A DNA stretch of 64,000 nt. Source: Catajapyx aquilonaris (taxonomy: Eukaryota). Shown here one piece after another: positions 1 to 11,932 of the stretch. The stretch is taken from contig KZ538085.1 of NCBI GenBank assembly GCA_000934665.2, positions 1-64,000 of the forward strand, read 5' to 3'. Positions within the stretch are counted from its first letter, which is position 1. Every line of letters starts with the position of its first letter. The translations under genes were made by a program, and so were the position numbers. Below the pieces are notes generated by a model. The model saw nothing but the letters and a program-made list of their open reading frames with translations, searched no databases and was not told the origin of the DNA.

Positions 1-45
1 TCAGGTTGCGAGGAGAGAGTCTTAACCACTAGACCACTGCGCTAC
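1..45 (-). repeat. 5' part of a tRNA-like sequence (tRNA-derived SINE head or tRNA pseudogene), cut by the window edge
   Basis: Reverse complement reads GTAGCGCAGTGGTCTAGTGGTTAAGACTCTCTCCTCGCAACCTGA, with a Pol III A-box/D-arm-like TGGTCTAGTGG. The 3' half lies outside the window. Confidence 0.4.
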
Positions 46-1612
46 TTCGATACTGACACTCTCTCCAGCATGTACTTATTGTAAAGAAAGGGCGCCACAA
101 TATACTAATCATCTCAATGTAGCGTCATTTGTCAAATAAACTCTCATAATATATCCGTGTATAATTATTTTCTATGGGAATTTATACAATAATATTATAC
201 AATCACCATAAAATGTTTTATTTCGGGTACATTTTTAGCCTTATTAGTGTATGAAGTAAAATAATGTGATAATGTGTCGGGCTTTCATTAAATAGGCACC
301 ATGTACTGAACAACTCAAAAATACAATACAGGTCCATGCTATACCCCGGAAGGGGTGAAAGCATTACCCTCAAATTATTATTATATTATTATGTGGTAAT
401 TTGTGTGTTTCAGTTATAGGCCTATACAGTAAAAAAGGCATATTCATTGTACAGAATATGTTTTATTAGAAACCATTATTTCCCCTGCTTTTCCAGTTTT
501 CCCGCCACTAATTCTTCCACCCTTTTCTCCCAGCCTGACATCTTTTCTCCAACTGAACCTGCGTTACTGAGCTAGTCAGGGTGTGACCCGAGGTCAGGGG
601 TCACACAATGTATTGTACTCTATAAACTATAAAGCATATAGGATATACCTACCAGATGTGTCCTTCTTTCTGAAGATTTGGCAACCCTACCTGCTACAGA
701 AGGCCTAAAAAGGGAAATGTCCACTAAAAGAAAATAGTAGATTCCCTCTCACACTCGTCAAAAACAAAACAAAAAAGGATAAGAAACTGTGTATGTTCAC
801 AAATTATTCCGTCTGCAGTCCACCACCACCATCATCACAACAAAATGTTACTGATACTTCAAGGGGCATTCTCTCAAACGCAACGTGTATCCATGGTACA
901 CAGAGTTGCGATTTTTTTAATGTAAATTGTGTACTGCATTATGTACATTAGTTAAAATCCGGACTCTAGTCATTACGCACTGTAATTATACAAGTCAGTT
1001 TCTCTACTTATTAGAATGTACAGAATACATCATTTCCTCGCTTCAAACCGAAAGTGTTGTGCCCGAAGAAGATTTAATTCCCGTCACGAGTCAACGGCGG
1101 AATTTGGTGTACGTTACCACATGGCTCTACAAAGTGAAGGTGAAGGGCGTATGAATGATTCAACGCGTTGCGTTGGCGAGACTGTGACAAGTACAGTAGT
1201 GGCGACAATCTCGCGGGTTCACTGCCTCTTCTAATAAACATATGTACTTCAAATGCAGCATCCAGTTTTGACATTTTTATTCAAATAAGTTTGCACTTCG
1301 GTACTCCGCTGTACACCACCTGCAGTGGTACTCTTTGGTATGTTCATCCACGGAAGTAATGGTCCCGGGTTCGATCCCAACCCCGCGGTCTCCCTTGTCA
1401 TTTCGTCAGGAGTTGTATCTCCAGCTTATTTGTAGTTACCAGAGGTAGTTGCCCTCGAATGTCGCACATTGTCACTGCACGCAGGAGTCTTGGTAGAGTA
1501 TAGTGAGAGACATAATGATTGTGCAAGTAATGAGCATTGTTTATTTTCATTCAATTGCTTTTACTCTTACAACTATTCAGTGGTAAATTGGTTGTTGTCG
1601 GCTGCTGCTGCT

Positions 1613-3220
1613 TCATACGGTGTGGACATCGACCTTGATCTCCAGATCGGCGTGTCCCTTGATGTTGCCCCTACCGTCGTTGGTGGCAGTGACGTGGGCG
1701 GTCAGGGTGTTGTTGACGATGACGGTGGTATGCTGTCCCCCGGATGAGGTGGCCTTGAACTTGGCGATACCGGATGCATTACCAGTGACGTCGAGAGAAT
1801 TGTCGGACCCGACGGTGACGCCGATCACGTTGTCGCTCGAGCCCATTCCAGTGACGGTGGTGTCGATGTTGTCGTCATAGTCGAGGGAGGCGCCGTTGAC
1901 GGTCACGTCATCATGGGCGGATATGGAGAAATTCTGCTTGTTGCCAGAGATGATTACGGTCCTGTCGACGACTGCACTGGCGTACTGTCGGATGCTGGGC
2001 CTGCCCATGACGTACATGTGGCTGACGACTCCAAGCTGAGCATTGGCGGTCGTCTGAAATTCGTCAAACGGTCATGTAACAATCTTCAGGCATTTTCGGG
2101 AATACAGACCGTGATGTCGTCAGAGTGTGTGTCGATGGTGAGGGCTTCAGTAACATCGACGGCGACGGAATTGGAGGAAGAGGAATGCGCAGAGTCGTGG
2201 TGTGAATTCATGAGGTAGTGGAAGATCTGGGTGCCGGCGACGGTAGCCTGGCTGACCACGTCCATAGTCTTGTCGCCCTTCTTAGCGGCGCTGACGACGT
2301 TGATGATGGCATGTTCACCGTGTCCGGTATCGACGACGGTACCGTCAGAATTATTGATATGAGCACCGGCCCCGTGGTTCACGTTGACTGCGCTGAAGGT
2401 CCTGAATGCATCACTATCCTGCCGACTTTCGAAGTCAACGTCGATGTAAAGTGCGACCTGAGCTTTAACGTCGTTGTCGCCGATTTTGACCTGGACATTG
2501 ACGAGATCCTCAATTGTGACCCTATTTTTGTCGACTCTGAAGCCGCCGCTCTTGGTGTAAGCCACTGAGTTTCCGTTCAGGCTGGCGGTTCCAGAGCCTG
2601 TCCAGGTTGCCAGATTGTCCTTCACAGTGATGTCGTCATCTTCGCTCACGACAATGTCAACGTTCAAATCGGCGTTGACATGCTCAGCAGTCTGTGAACC
2701 ACAACGGCAAGGTTTTCACATGTTCAGTCAGTTACGTCCACAAAGGTGTTAACTTATTTCTCCCAAAAAATGGAATGTCTGTGAGCAAGCGTGTGTCTCA
2801 CCTGCTTGAGGAGAGTCTTGAGGAGCTGAAGAGTGACCTTCCTGCCCTTGAAGCTGTTGGAGATGCATTGTCCGGCCTCGCTGACTCCGGTCTTCTCGAA
2901 GTTGCGGACGCAGAATCCGATGGTGCGGACCACATCTGGTAGAAAGCAATGTACATGACACGGTGAAACAAGACCAGACTGGACAATGCAACACTCACCG
3001 GCGTGCTCGACGAACTGGAAGTTGTCGTCCTTCTCGATCACCTCGGTGAAGATGGCCCTGTGGCCATGCTCATTGAGGAAGGCATCGTCCAGGGGTTTCA
3101 GGGGAGAGGCTGTCGAGGTAGCAGGTAAGATATTTATTAATATTATCTGAGATAATGAGGTACGGCGGTGGACATACCGGCGGCAAGGACGACGAGGAGA
3201 AGAGCGACGAAGAACTTCAT
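1613..3220 (-). CDS. Secreted beta-strand-rich protein of unknown family, paralog 1 (5 exons, 436 aa)
   Basis: Exons 3220-3178, 3109-2999, 2935-2802, 2691-2110 and 2053-1613, all GT-AG with consistent phase. Signal peptide MKFFVALLLVVLAA, then SPLKPLDDAFLNEHGHR..., two Cys (FCVRNF...GQCISNSF), then a V/T/S/G/D-rich region ending GHADLEIKVDVHTV*. Confidence 0.9.
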
Positions 3221-3533
3221 AGTGTCCGGATGAGCTGACTACGATCAAAACGTACTCCGCCTTTCATGTATCACACATCTTGATTACAAGTCTGATAACA
3301 TCGGACACCATTACAACATTTTATCGCAAGACAGATTTGGTATCACAAATACCGGTATACATTTAAAATAATACGGGAGCAGTGGTCCGTAACCCAAAAA
3401 ATTTGTAACAAATAAATTCTGAGGGGCATTCCAAATGAGTGTGGGAATAATGAGAGATCGTGAAAATATCTTCAACCGACATTTATTTCATTCTTGACAC
3501 TCCCATGCGTGATTGGCAGCAGCCTGGGCGGAC

Positions 3534-5172
3534 TTAATTATTTGGAAAATCGGAATGGAGGTCAGTCTTGACCTCGATGTCCGCGTGTCCCTTGATATGG
3601 CCGCTACCGTCGTTTATGGACGTGACATCTGCAGAAGCATTGTTGGTGAGGGTGACGTGGAACTTGTCTCCTTCGGCTGGGGTCACCTCGAAATGGGATG
3701 TTCCGTTGACCTTTCCGGAGATGTCGACGGACCTGTTGCCACTGACGTTGACGACGATCTGCGTGTCGCTGGACCCAACTCCGGTCGTGGAAGACACTGG
3801 TTTGTCCTCGTAGTCCCAGACGCCTGCATTGCCCACTAACTGGTCGTGAGCGGTGATGGTGAACATTTCCTTGTTTCCGGAGACCGTAGCTGTCTTGCGT
3901 ACGGAGTCGAAATCGTACACACGGGAGGTCGGTTTACCACCGAAGATGTAGTAGCCCATGTATGCAAAATCTAGGTCAGCAGCTATCTGAATATGGACAA
4001 AATGCTAGTGATCTAATCGGATGACTCTACGTCTAAAGAGAAGAGATCTGTTACATAGCTTGCGCAACTCGTCGCAAGTAACGTTTACAACTTAACCGTT
4101 GTGGTACTAAAACTAACCTGGACATCAGGAGTACTGAAGTCTATGTTGATGTAGTCGGTAGATCGGCAGCGTCGGATCTGCTGGCAGACGCGTGAGTCTC
4201 GCTGCCGTCAGAGTTGGTCGTGTGGTAGTGAGCTATCTGACTGCCGGTCACCACATGCACGGTCGTCAGAGAAACCAACTTGTCTTCCTTTCTGACCACA
4301 GTTTTCCCGTCGACAATGACCTGTCTGTTGAGGGTGGCTTCAGTGACGGAGCCGTCAGCAAAAGCGATGGAGGAACTTGAACTGTGGTGGAGGCTGCTGA
4401 CGGTGGCTGTCCGGTTATCATGACATGTGATATCTACGTCCAAGTATGTGACTGCACCACCTTTGACACTGTCGCCATTTCGGGCGACTCCTAGAACGTG
4501 GACCGCCTCCTCGAATGTCACCCGCTTGTCAGAGGTGTTGAGAAGTCCGGTCCTGTTGTACGACACTCCCTGACCGTTGACAGTGTAGGTTCCAGCACCA
4601 GTCCAAGTCAGTCCACTGGAGCCAATCTTGACGTCGAAATAGTCACTGACGACGACGTCAACATCCAGCTCCCCATTATCCTTCTGTACTACTATCTATA
4701 GGAACCACGACGTACAAGTGAAAAGCCTGCGGATCAAGACGAATACTCGAGTGTCTCACCTGCTTGAGGAATGTCTTCAGGAGCTGAAGAGTGACCTTTC
4801 TTCCCTCGAAACTGTTGGAGATGCAGTGTCCTGCCTCTCCGATACCTGTCTGCTGAAAGTTCCGGACGCAGAATCCGACGGTACGGACCAGATCTGTGTG
4901 TCAAAGAGTGTCGTATCACACATGGCTAAGGACATTTTGATGTCAACTCACCAGCATACGCGACTAACTGGAAGTCGTCGTCCTTCTCCGTCACATCCGT
5001 GAAGATGACTCTGTGTCCGTGCTCATGGAGAAAGGAGTCGTCCAGGCCATGAAGAGGGGACGTTGCAACTTCAAGAAAACAGAAACATTTTAATAATTAC
5101 TATTCAGCAATATTGTTGCTGGGACTCACCGACAGCGATGCAGACCAGAAAAAAAGCAGCAAAAGCCGTCAT
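3534..5172 (-). pseudogene. Divergent paralog 2 of the beta-rich family, with a 1-nt frameshift near 4160 (pseudogene or assembly error)
   Basis: Same 5-exon layout (signal MTAFAAFFLVCIAV; SPLHGLDDSFLHEHGHRVIF; FCVRNFQQ...GHCISNSF). Exon 4 reaches TAG at 4143-4141, but the shifted frame gives TDYINIDFSTPDVQ|gt, homologous to SEATLIDTRSADIQ|gt of paralog 3. Exon 5 (3986-3534) is intact. Confidence 0.75.
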
Positions 5173-5815
5173 TATGTTTCCAGGACACTGCTTTTCTGGC
5201 GAGTGGACCTCAAATGCTTTTTCTTATAATAAGGCATAATCAGCATTGTGCGATTGATCTTCCTTGTGATAAGTGGGCCCTCTTATAGGTGGGTTACTTG
5301 TGATAAGTTTGACTCGTTTGAGTGTTGGGATGAAATATTTTTGCAACAGGATGCTACACTGGATTTTCCAGTCAGGGGATTGATACCAGCAAGTGCTTTG
5401 AGGAAGTAGGGAAAATAAATAATGGCGTATGACGCAAGTAAATATTTTGTGCGTCGTGTTAGAAGATCGTTAACATAGGAAATAGATGATCCATACGTGA
5501 TTGAAGAGTATACAATATTTGATATCACTCGACAGGGGATAGAGGAGACAGTGTGATCTGTCCGTGAATATTATCAACGTGATTTATGTGCAAGTCACTC
5601 TTGCCCAAAACAAGGACAGGTGCTCTGTAATCAATGGTCTGGGAGAAAATTTTGTTACGTGAAGTATAGTAATAAAAAACCGTTGAGTATTCGTAATGAG
5701 AAATGCTTATTTTTCTTTTATTGTTGTTACTCTCGTGATTGCTGTTAGATTGTTTGTTGGCGGGAGCCTCGATGGAGGTGGCGGCTGTCGAGTATTGTTG
5801 TTGTATGCTGCTGCT

Positions 5816-7455
5816 TTATTCGGAGTGTACGTTGACCTTGATGTCAAGGTCGGCGTGACCCTTGATGTTGCCGCTGCCGTCGTTGGTGGCGGTGACGTGG
5901 GCGGTGCCGCTGCTGGTGACGGTGGAGGTGGTCCTGGTGCCCTGGGTTGGGGTGACCTCGACCTTGCCGGTGCCAGAGCAGCTGGCGGTGACGTCCAGGG
6001 ACTTGTCGGACCCGACGGTGACGTCGACTTTGTTCTCGCCAGAAGCGGTGCCGTCGACGTTGGCAGCGAGGTTGTCTGCGTAGTCGGCGAGGACAGTGTT
6101 GCTGGCCACGATATCTTGGGCGGTGATGGAGAACTTCTGCTTGGTTCCGGAGATGGTGGCGGTCATGCCGGCGGTTACAATACCGTACTGGCGGATGGCG
6201 GGCTTGCCTCCGGCGTACAAGTGGCTGACCACTCCCATGGCGACCCTGGCGGTCACCTGAAATGCGCACCAAAAGTTCGTGTCAACAAGGTTGTTAATTT
6301 AGGCCGGACTAGTAAGTAACAAATGCAGTTGGACAGACCTGGATGTCAGCAGACCTGGTGTCGATGAGGGTGGCCTCACTAGCATCGATGGCGTCGGACT
6401 TGGCGGCAGATCCATGGACCTGGCTGCCGTCGGCGTTGATCTTGTGGAGGTGGAAGATCTGGGAACCGGCGATGGAACCCTGGCTGGCAACGGCCAACAT
6501 CTGGTCGTCATTATTGGAAGAGGTAATGAGGTTGACGATGGCATGTCCACCAGCTCCCACTTCAATGACGGAACCGTCGGAACCGGTGACTTGAGCACCG
6601 ACGCCGTGGTTCACGTTGGTGGCGCTAGCAACCTGGAAGACGTCTCCGTCCTGCTTGGTAACGAAGTCAACGTCGATGTAGAGGGCAGCTTGGGCCTTGA
6701 CGTCATTGTCGCCGACCGTGGCATCGACACTGACGAGCTCCTCAAAGGTGACCCTGTTCTTATTGACCTTGAGCCCTCCATTCTTGGCGTACTTCACTGC
6801 CTTCCCGTTGACGGTGACGGTGCCAGTGGCACTCCAGGTGACCAGGTTGTCCTTCGCAGTGGCGGAGCTATCCTCGCTGACCACGATGTCAACTTTCACG
6901 TCGGCCTTGACCTCCTGAGCAGCCTGTGCATAACGACGGTAAAGTTAAACTCTGGCTCGTCTTGTCCACGAAGATGTTAAACATATTTCTCCTCGCAAAA
7001 AATGGAATATCTGTGAGCAAACGTGTGTCTCACCTGCTTGAGGAAAGTCTTGAGGAGCTGAAGAGTGACCTTCCTGCCCTTGAAGCTGTTGGAGATGCAT
7101 TGTCCGGCCTCGCTGACTCCGGTCTTCTCGAAGTTGCGGACGCAGAATCCGATGGTGCGGACCACATCTGGGAGAAAGCAATGTATACATGAGACGGTGC
7201 AACAAGACCAGACTGGACAATGCAACACTCACCGGCATGCTCGACGAACTGGAAGTTGTCGTCCTTCTCGATCACCTCGGTGAAGATGACCCTGTGGCCA
7301 TGCTCATTGAGGAAGGCATCGTCCAGGGGCTTCAGGGGAGAGGCTGTCGAGGTAGCAGGTAAGATATTTTATTAATATTAGCTGAGATAATGAGGTACGG
7401 CGGTGGACATACCGACGGCAAGACCGACGAAGAGGAGAGCGACGAATAACTTCAT
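5816..7455 (-). CDS. Secreted beta-strand-rich protein, paralog 3 (5 exons, 437 aa)
   Basis: Exons 7455-7413, 7343-7233, 7167-7034, 6923-6339 and 6256-5816, GT-AG. Signal MKLFVALLFVGLAV; ends GHADLDIKVNVHSE*. Confidence 0.9.
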
Positions 7456-9438
7456 TATGTCCGAATCAAGTCTCCGAGAGTACTCCCTTTGGCCGGACCC
7501 TTGCATCTTTCATACATTTAGATAACACGCCCGATAACTGCATACACCATTGCAACTAACATGATTGTACAGAAAGGAGACGTGGTGTCATAATATGGAT
7601 ATTTTAAAAAAAATCCTTCACGTGAGATAATCTCGTCGCCGGCATATAGGCGAATGGATGGCAACACTACCCCCGTGGTTAAGGCTACTGGTTAATATCG
7701 ATTACATCAATTCATGAAGTATATACCTAAAATATTCCAGCATGATAAGTAACGATGTACAGATTCCCAATATTGTCGATTTACAGATTACCGACCCATG
7801 CATTAAATACTATGCAAATTATGAATGAGGTGAACCTAACGGAAAAAATGTGAATCCAACCTCTATAATCCTGTATACTGACCTGAAAGACTCGATCCAT
7901 CCACAGCACTTCTTAACAAAGTGCATCAGTCGAGTTTAATGTCCCCCCTTTTATTCTCAGGTTAATATAAATTGCTGGCTGAAGGAGACCGAAAAAATCC
8001 CCCAAAAATGCAGGCGAATGTGCTTGGATGAATGATCCAGATAGGGGGACCTTGCGCATAAAAAGGCTGTCCTCTCAGCTAAAGCAACATTATATGGGTG
8101 GCATATAGGAGAATTGTAATTGCGGTATGTTTTTTTGACATTTTGTACCAAGATACAATCCAGTTATTGATGGATCCCCTGAATAGAGATTTTCTTAGTG
8201 CCGTGATGCAAACAAAAATTATATAACATAGGGATCGTAAGCCTCCCCTCCCTCTAGTATAACCGTTTATCATAATTATAAGCACCCCATTGTTTACATT
8301 AAACTGTCCCACGTACAGCATGAATCTGGTAATACACTTGCCTATATTTTTTCCGAGGGAAACAAAATAGCAAAATAGTCTGACAACAATAAACGCCCAC
8401 GCAGCAGAGCAATGCAGTCTACATGTCTACTACTCTTGTAATAGACAAAAGCCGCTAAGAAAATAATAGTTTAAACCGGTCTAAATGGTCCGTCCGTATG
8501 CTAATCACACCATTACGTAACTTTGAAACCTCTCTCCCTAGTCACATTCATCATTAGTAAAACCACTTATTATTTAAATCAATTTAAAAAATAATTGTAG
8601 CTTAAAATGGTTAAGATGGCGTTCATACATTAGGATATAATGAAAAGCCGTGAAATGAGATCATGTCGTATTGATGATCGTAATGATGAAGATGGGGAAG
8701 GTTAGGTCTTTTTAAAAATATTTTAAAGCCTTCTGTCACAGCATGTCTTTCAGCATGCAGAACACTGTACCACATTTTATTTCGTTGTTCATAATACTGT
8801 ATTTCAAACGTTTAAAACATACACGAGTCGTACCAAAAATTATAAGCCTAACTTATTAGAAGCCAGTAATTATGCGTGATTGTTTTCGGTCATATTGTGC
8901 AAGTTAGGCTACTCTTCCCTTCAGCAAGGACAAGAGTAGGCCCTATTATACTCTGCAATGGGTCAGCCATATTGTGCTCTGTACTCTTCTTACTGCCCAA
9001 TTTAAAAATACTATCGCACTGAAATTATTGATAAATGAGACGAACTTACTGATGATACATATTTTACACACTACATTTTGCACAAACGTGTGTTTATATG
9101 GCAATTGCGAGAATTGCATACAGGTATCACTGCTGTAACGTGGCGCTATAGAGCTGTGTAATTTTTTTTCTATTGCCAAAATAGCTGGCATTATTACAAG
9201 TGACTGTTGTCAGATTGCATGTGCAGGATTTCGACACACAGTATAATAAGGTGGGAGGTAATAATTTGGTCATACGAAGTGTATACTGTAGTAATAAGAA
9301 ACCGTTGAGTATTCGTAATGAGCAATGTTTATTTCTCTTTCATTGTTGTTACTCTCGTGATTGTTGGTAAATTGGTTGTTGGCGGGAGCCTCGATGGAGG
9401 TGGCGGCTGTCGAGTATTGTTGTTGTTGGGCTGCTGCT

Positions 9439-11077
9439 TTATTCGGAGTGTACGCTGACCTTGATGTCAAGATCGGCGTGACCCTTCATGTTGCCGCTGC
9501 CGTCGTTGGTGCCGGTGACGTGGGCGGTGCCGCTGCTGGTGACGGTGGTGGTGGTCTTGGTGCCCTGGGTTGGGGTGACCTCGACCTTGCCGGTGCCAGA
9601 GCAGCTGGCGGTGACGTCCAGGGACTTGTCGGACCCGACGGTGACGTCGACCTTGTTGTCGGCAGAACCGGTGGCGTCGACGGTGGCAAGGAGGTTGTCT
9701 GCGTAGTCGGCGAGGGCACCGTTGCTGGTCACGTCATCATGGGCGGTGATGGAGAACTTCTGCTTGGTTCCGGAGATGGTGGCGGTCTTGTCAGCGGTTG
9801 CAGAGCCGTAATTGCGGATGGCGGGCTTGCCTGCGGCATACACGTGGCTGACCACTCCCATGGCGGCCTTGGCGGTCACCTGAAATGCGCACCAAAAGCT
9901 CGTGTTAACAAGGGTTGTCAGTTTTGGCCGGACTAATAAGTAACACATTCAGTTGGACCGACCTGGATGTCAGCAGAGCTGGCGTCGATGGCAATGACCT
10001 CACCACCATCCATGGCGTCGGACTGGGCGGCAGAGCCATGGACGTCGCTGCCGTCGGGGTTGAGCTTGTGGAGGTGGAAGATCTTGGAACCGGCGGCGGA
10101 AGCCTGGCTGGCAACGGCCACCTTCTTGTCCTCCTTCTTGGCAGCGCTGATGACGTTGATGATGGCATGTCCACCAGCTCCCACTTCAGTGACGGTACCA
10201 TCGGATCCGGTGATTTGAGCACCGACGCCGTGGTTCACGTTGGTGGCGCTAGCAACCTCGAAGATGTCTCCGTCCGTCTTGGTAACGAAGTCAACGTCGA
10301 CGTAGAGGGCAGCCTGGACCTTGACGGCATTATCGCCGACCTTGTCATCGACACTGATGAGCTCCTCAATGGTGGCCCTGTTCTTACCGAACTTGGCTCC
10401 TCCTTCCTTGGTGTACTTCACTGACTTTCCGTTGAAGGTGACGGTGCCAGAGGCAGACCAGGTGATCAGGTTGTCCTTGGCAGTGGCGGAGCCATCCTCA
10501 GAGACGGCGACTTCAAAGGTAAAGTCGGCGTTGACCTCCTGACCAGCCTGTGCATAACGACGGTAAGGTTAAACTCACGTTCGTTACGTCCATAGTGATA
10601 TTAACATATTTCTCCCCCCAAAAAATGGAATATCTGTGAGCAAACGTGTGTCTCACCTGCTTGAGGAAAGTCTTGAGGAGCTGAAGAGTGACCTTCCTGC
10701 CCTTGAAGCTGTTGGAGATGCATTGTCCGGCCTCGCTGACTCCGGTCTTCTCGAAGTTGCGGACGCAGAATCCGATGGTGCGGACCACATCTGGGAGAAA
10801 GCAATGTATACATGAGACGGTGCAACAAGACCAGACTGGACAATGCAACACTCACCGGCATGCTCGACGAACTGGAAGTTGTCGTCCTTCTCGATCACCT
10901 CGGTGAAGATGACCCTGTGGCCATGCTCATTGAGGAAGGCATCGTCCAGGGGTTTCAGGGGAGAGGCTGTCGAGGTAGCAGGTAAGATATTTATTAATAT
11001 TAGCTGAGATAATGCGGTACGGCGGTGGACATACCGACGGCAAGAGCGACGAAGAGGAGAGCGACGAAGAACTTCAT
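9439..11077 (-). CDS. Secreted beta-strand-rich protein, paralog 4 (5 exons, 437 aa)
   Basis: Signal exon 11077-11035 (MKFFVALLFVALAV); exons 2-3 are near-identical to paralog 3; exon 4 is 10547-9963 and exon 5 is 9879-9439, ending GHADLDIKVSVHSE*. Confidence 0.9.
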
Positions 11078-11882
11078 GGTGTCCGGATGAGCTGATCAAG
11101 ACTCCGAAAGTACTCTGCCTCGGCAGACCCTTATATTCTCTCTCCCATCTTGATTGCAAGTCTGATAACAGTAAGGCAGCGTTGCGACATGTATCGCAAG
11201 TCAGTCTCATAATAGACATAAAAAAATGTTCCCGTGGGATATTCCAGAATAGGAAGCGGCACTTGAGGCGCAATCAGAACTATACTGATATGGAGAAGCC
11301 CCTTTTGGCTTTTGCAACATCACCACACCACGAGAGAGTCCTTGGCCGATCGGATAGTTATCAGCACACACGGTCGACATGTCACCAGTAATCTGCGACA
11401 GGTACTTGTGATGTCCACTTCATGTCCTGCCTCCCAACCACCCTCCGTACAATCTCGTTTATGTAACTTTGTCGTGTTGTTTCAGCCCGCGAGTAAGCAC
11501 TTGAGGAACTTATACGACTCTGTTCTTACAATTGGAGGAATGATATAGGCGTCATTGATTTAATAATGCAATGTAACATTTATTTTAATATTTCCAACGC
11601 GGATGTCATTGTTGGAAATGTTCATACCCCGTGCAAAGGTTCATAAATGTTAACACATCCAACAATGAGTCGACCCCATCACAATATTGCTCACTCGCAT
11701 CTTCAGTAAAGTGGCATAAGTGACTATGTAGAGAGAAATCTACTCAATTGTTGGACATGCCATGGCTATTTTTTTAATGCAATGAATGTGCCAATAATCG
11801 TCTATTTGAATTTATGCACACATTCATAATGAGCGTGGACCTGGCGTGGACGTAATTTTGTAATTTGAAATAGTCATTAAGG

Positions 11883-11932
11883 AACCGTTGCGTATTCCTA
11901 ATGAGCAGTGTTTATTTCTCTTTTATTGTTGT
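11883..11932 (-). pseudogene. Orphan 3'UTR/poly(A)-region remnant of a fifth family copy
   Basis: aaccgttgcgtattcctaatgagcagtgtttatttctcttttattgttgt closely matches the 3' ends of paralog 4 (~9299-9350) and paralog 3 (~5678-5727). No coding exons are seen upstream of it. Confidence 0.6.

Noticed and set aside
1362..1390. B-box-like GGTTCGATCCC
   Set aside because: No matching A box or cloverleaf upstream; at most a SINE fragment.
5696..10542. Long plus-strand ORFs (e.g. 5696-6319, 6414-6980, 9361-9936, 9915-10424)
   Set aside because: They are antisense shadows of the codon-biased minus-strand exons, with no independent splice structure or recognisable product.
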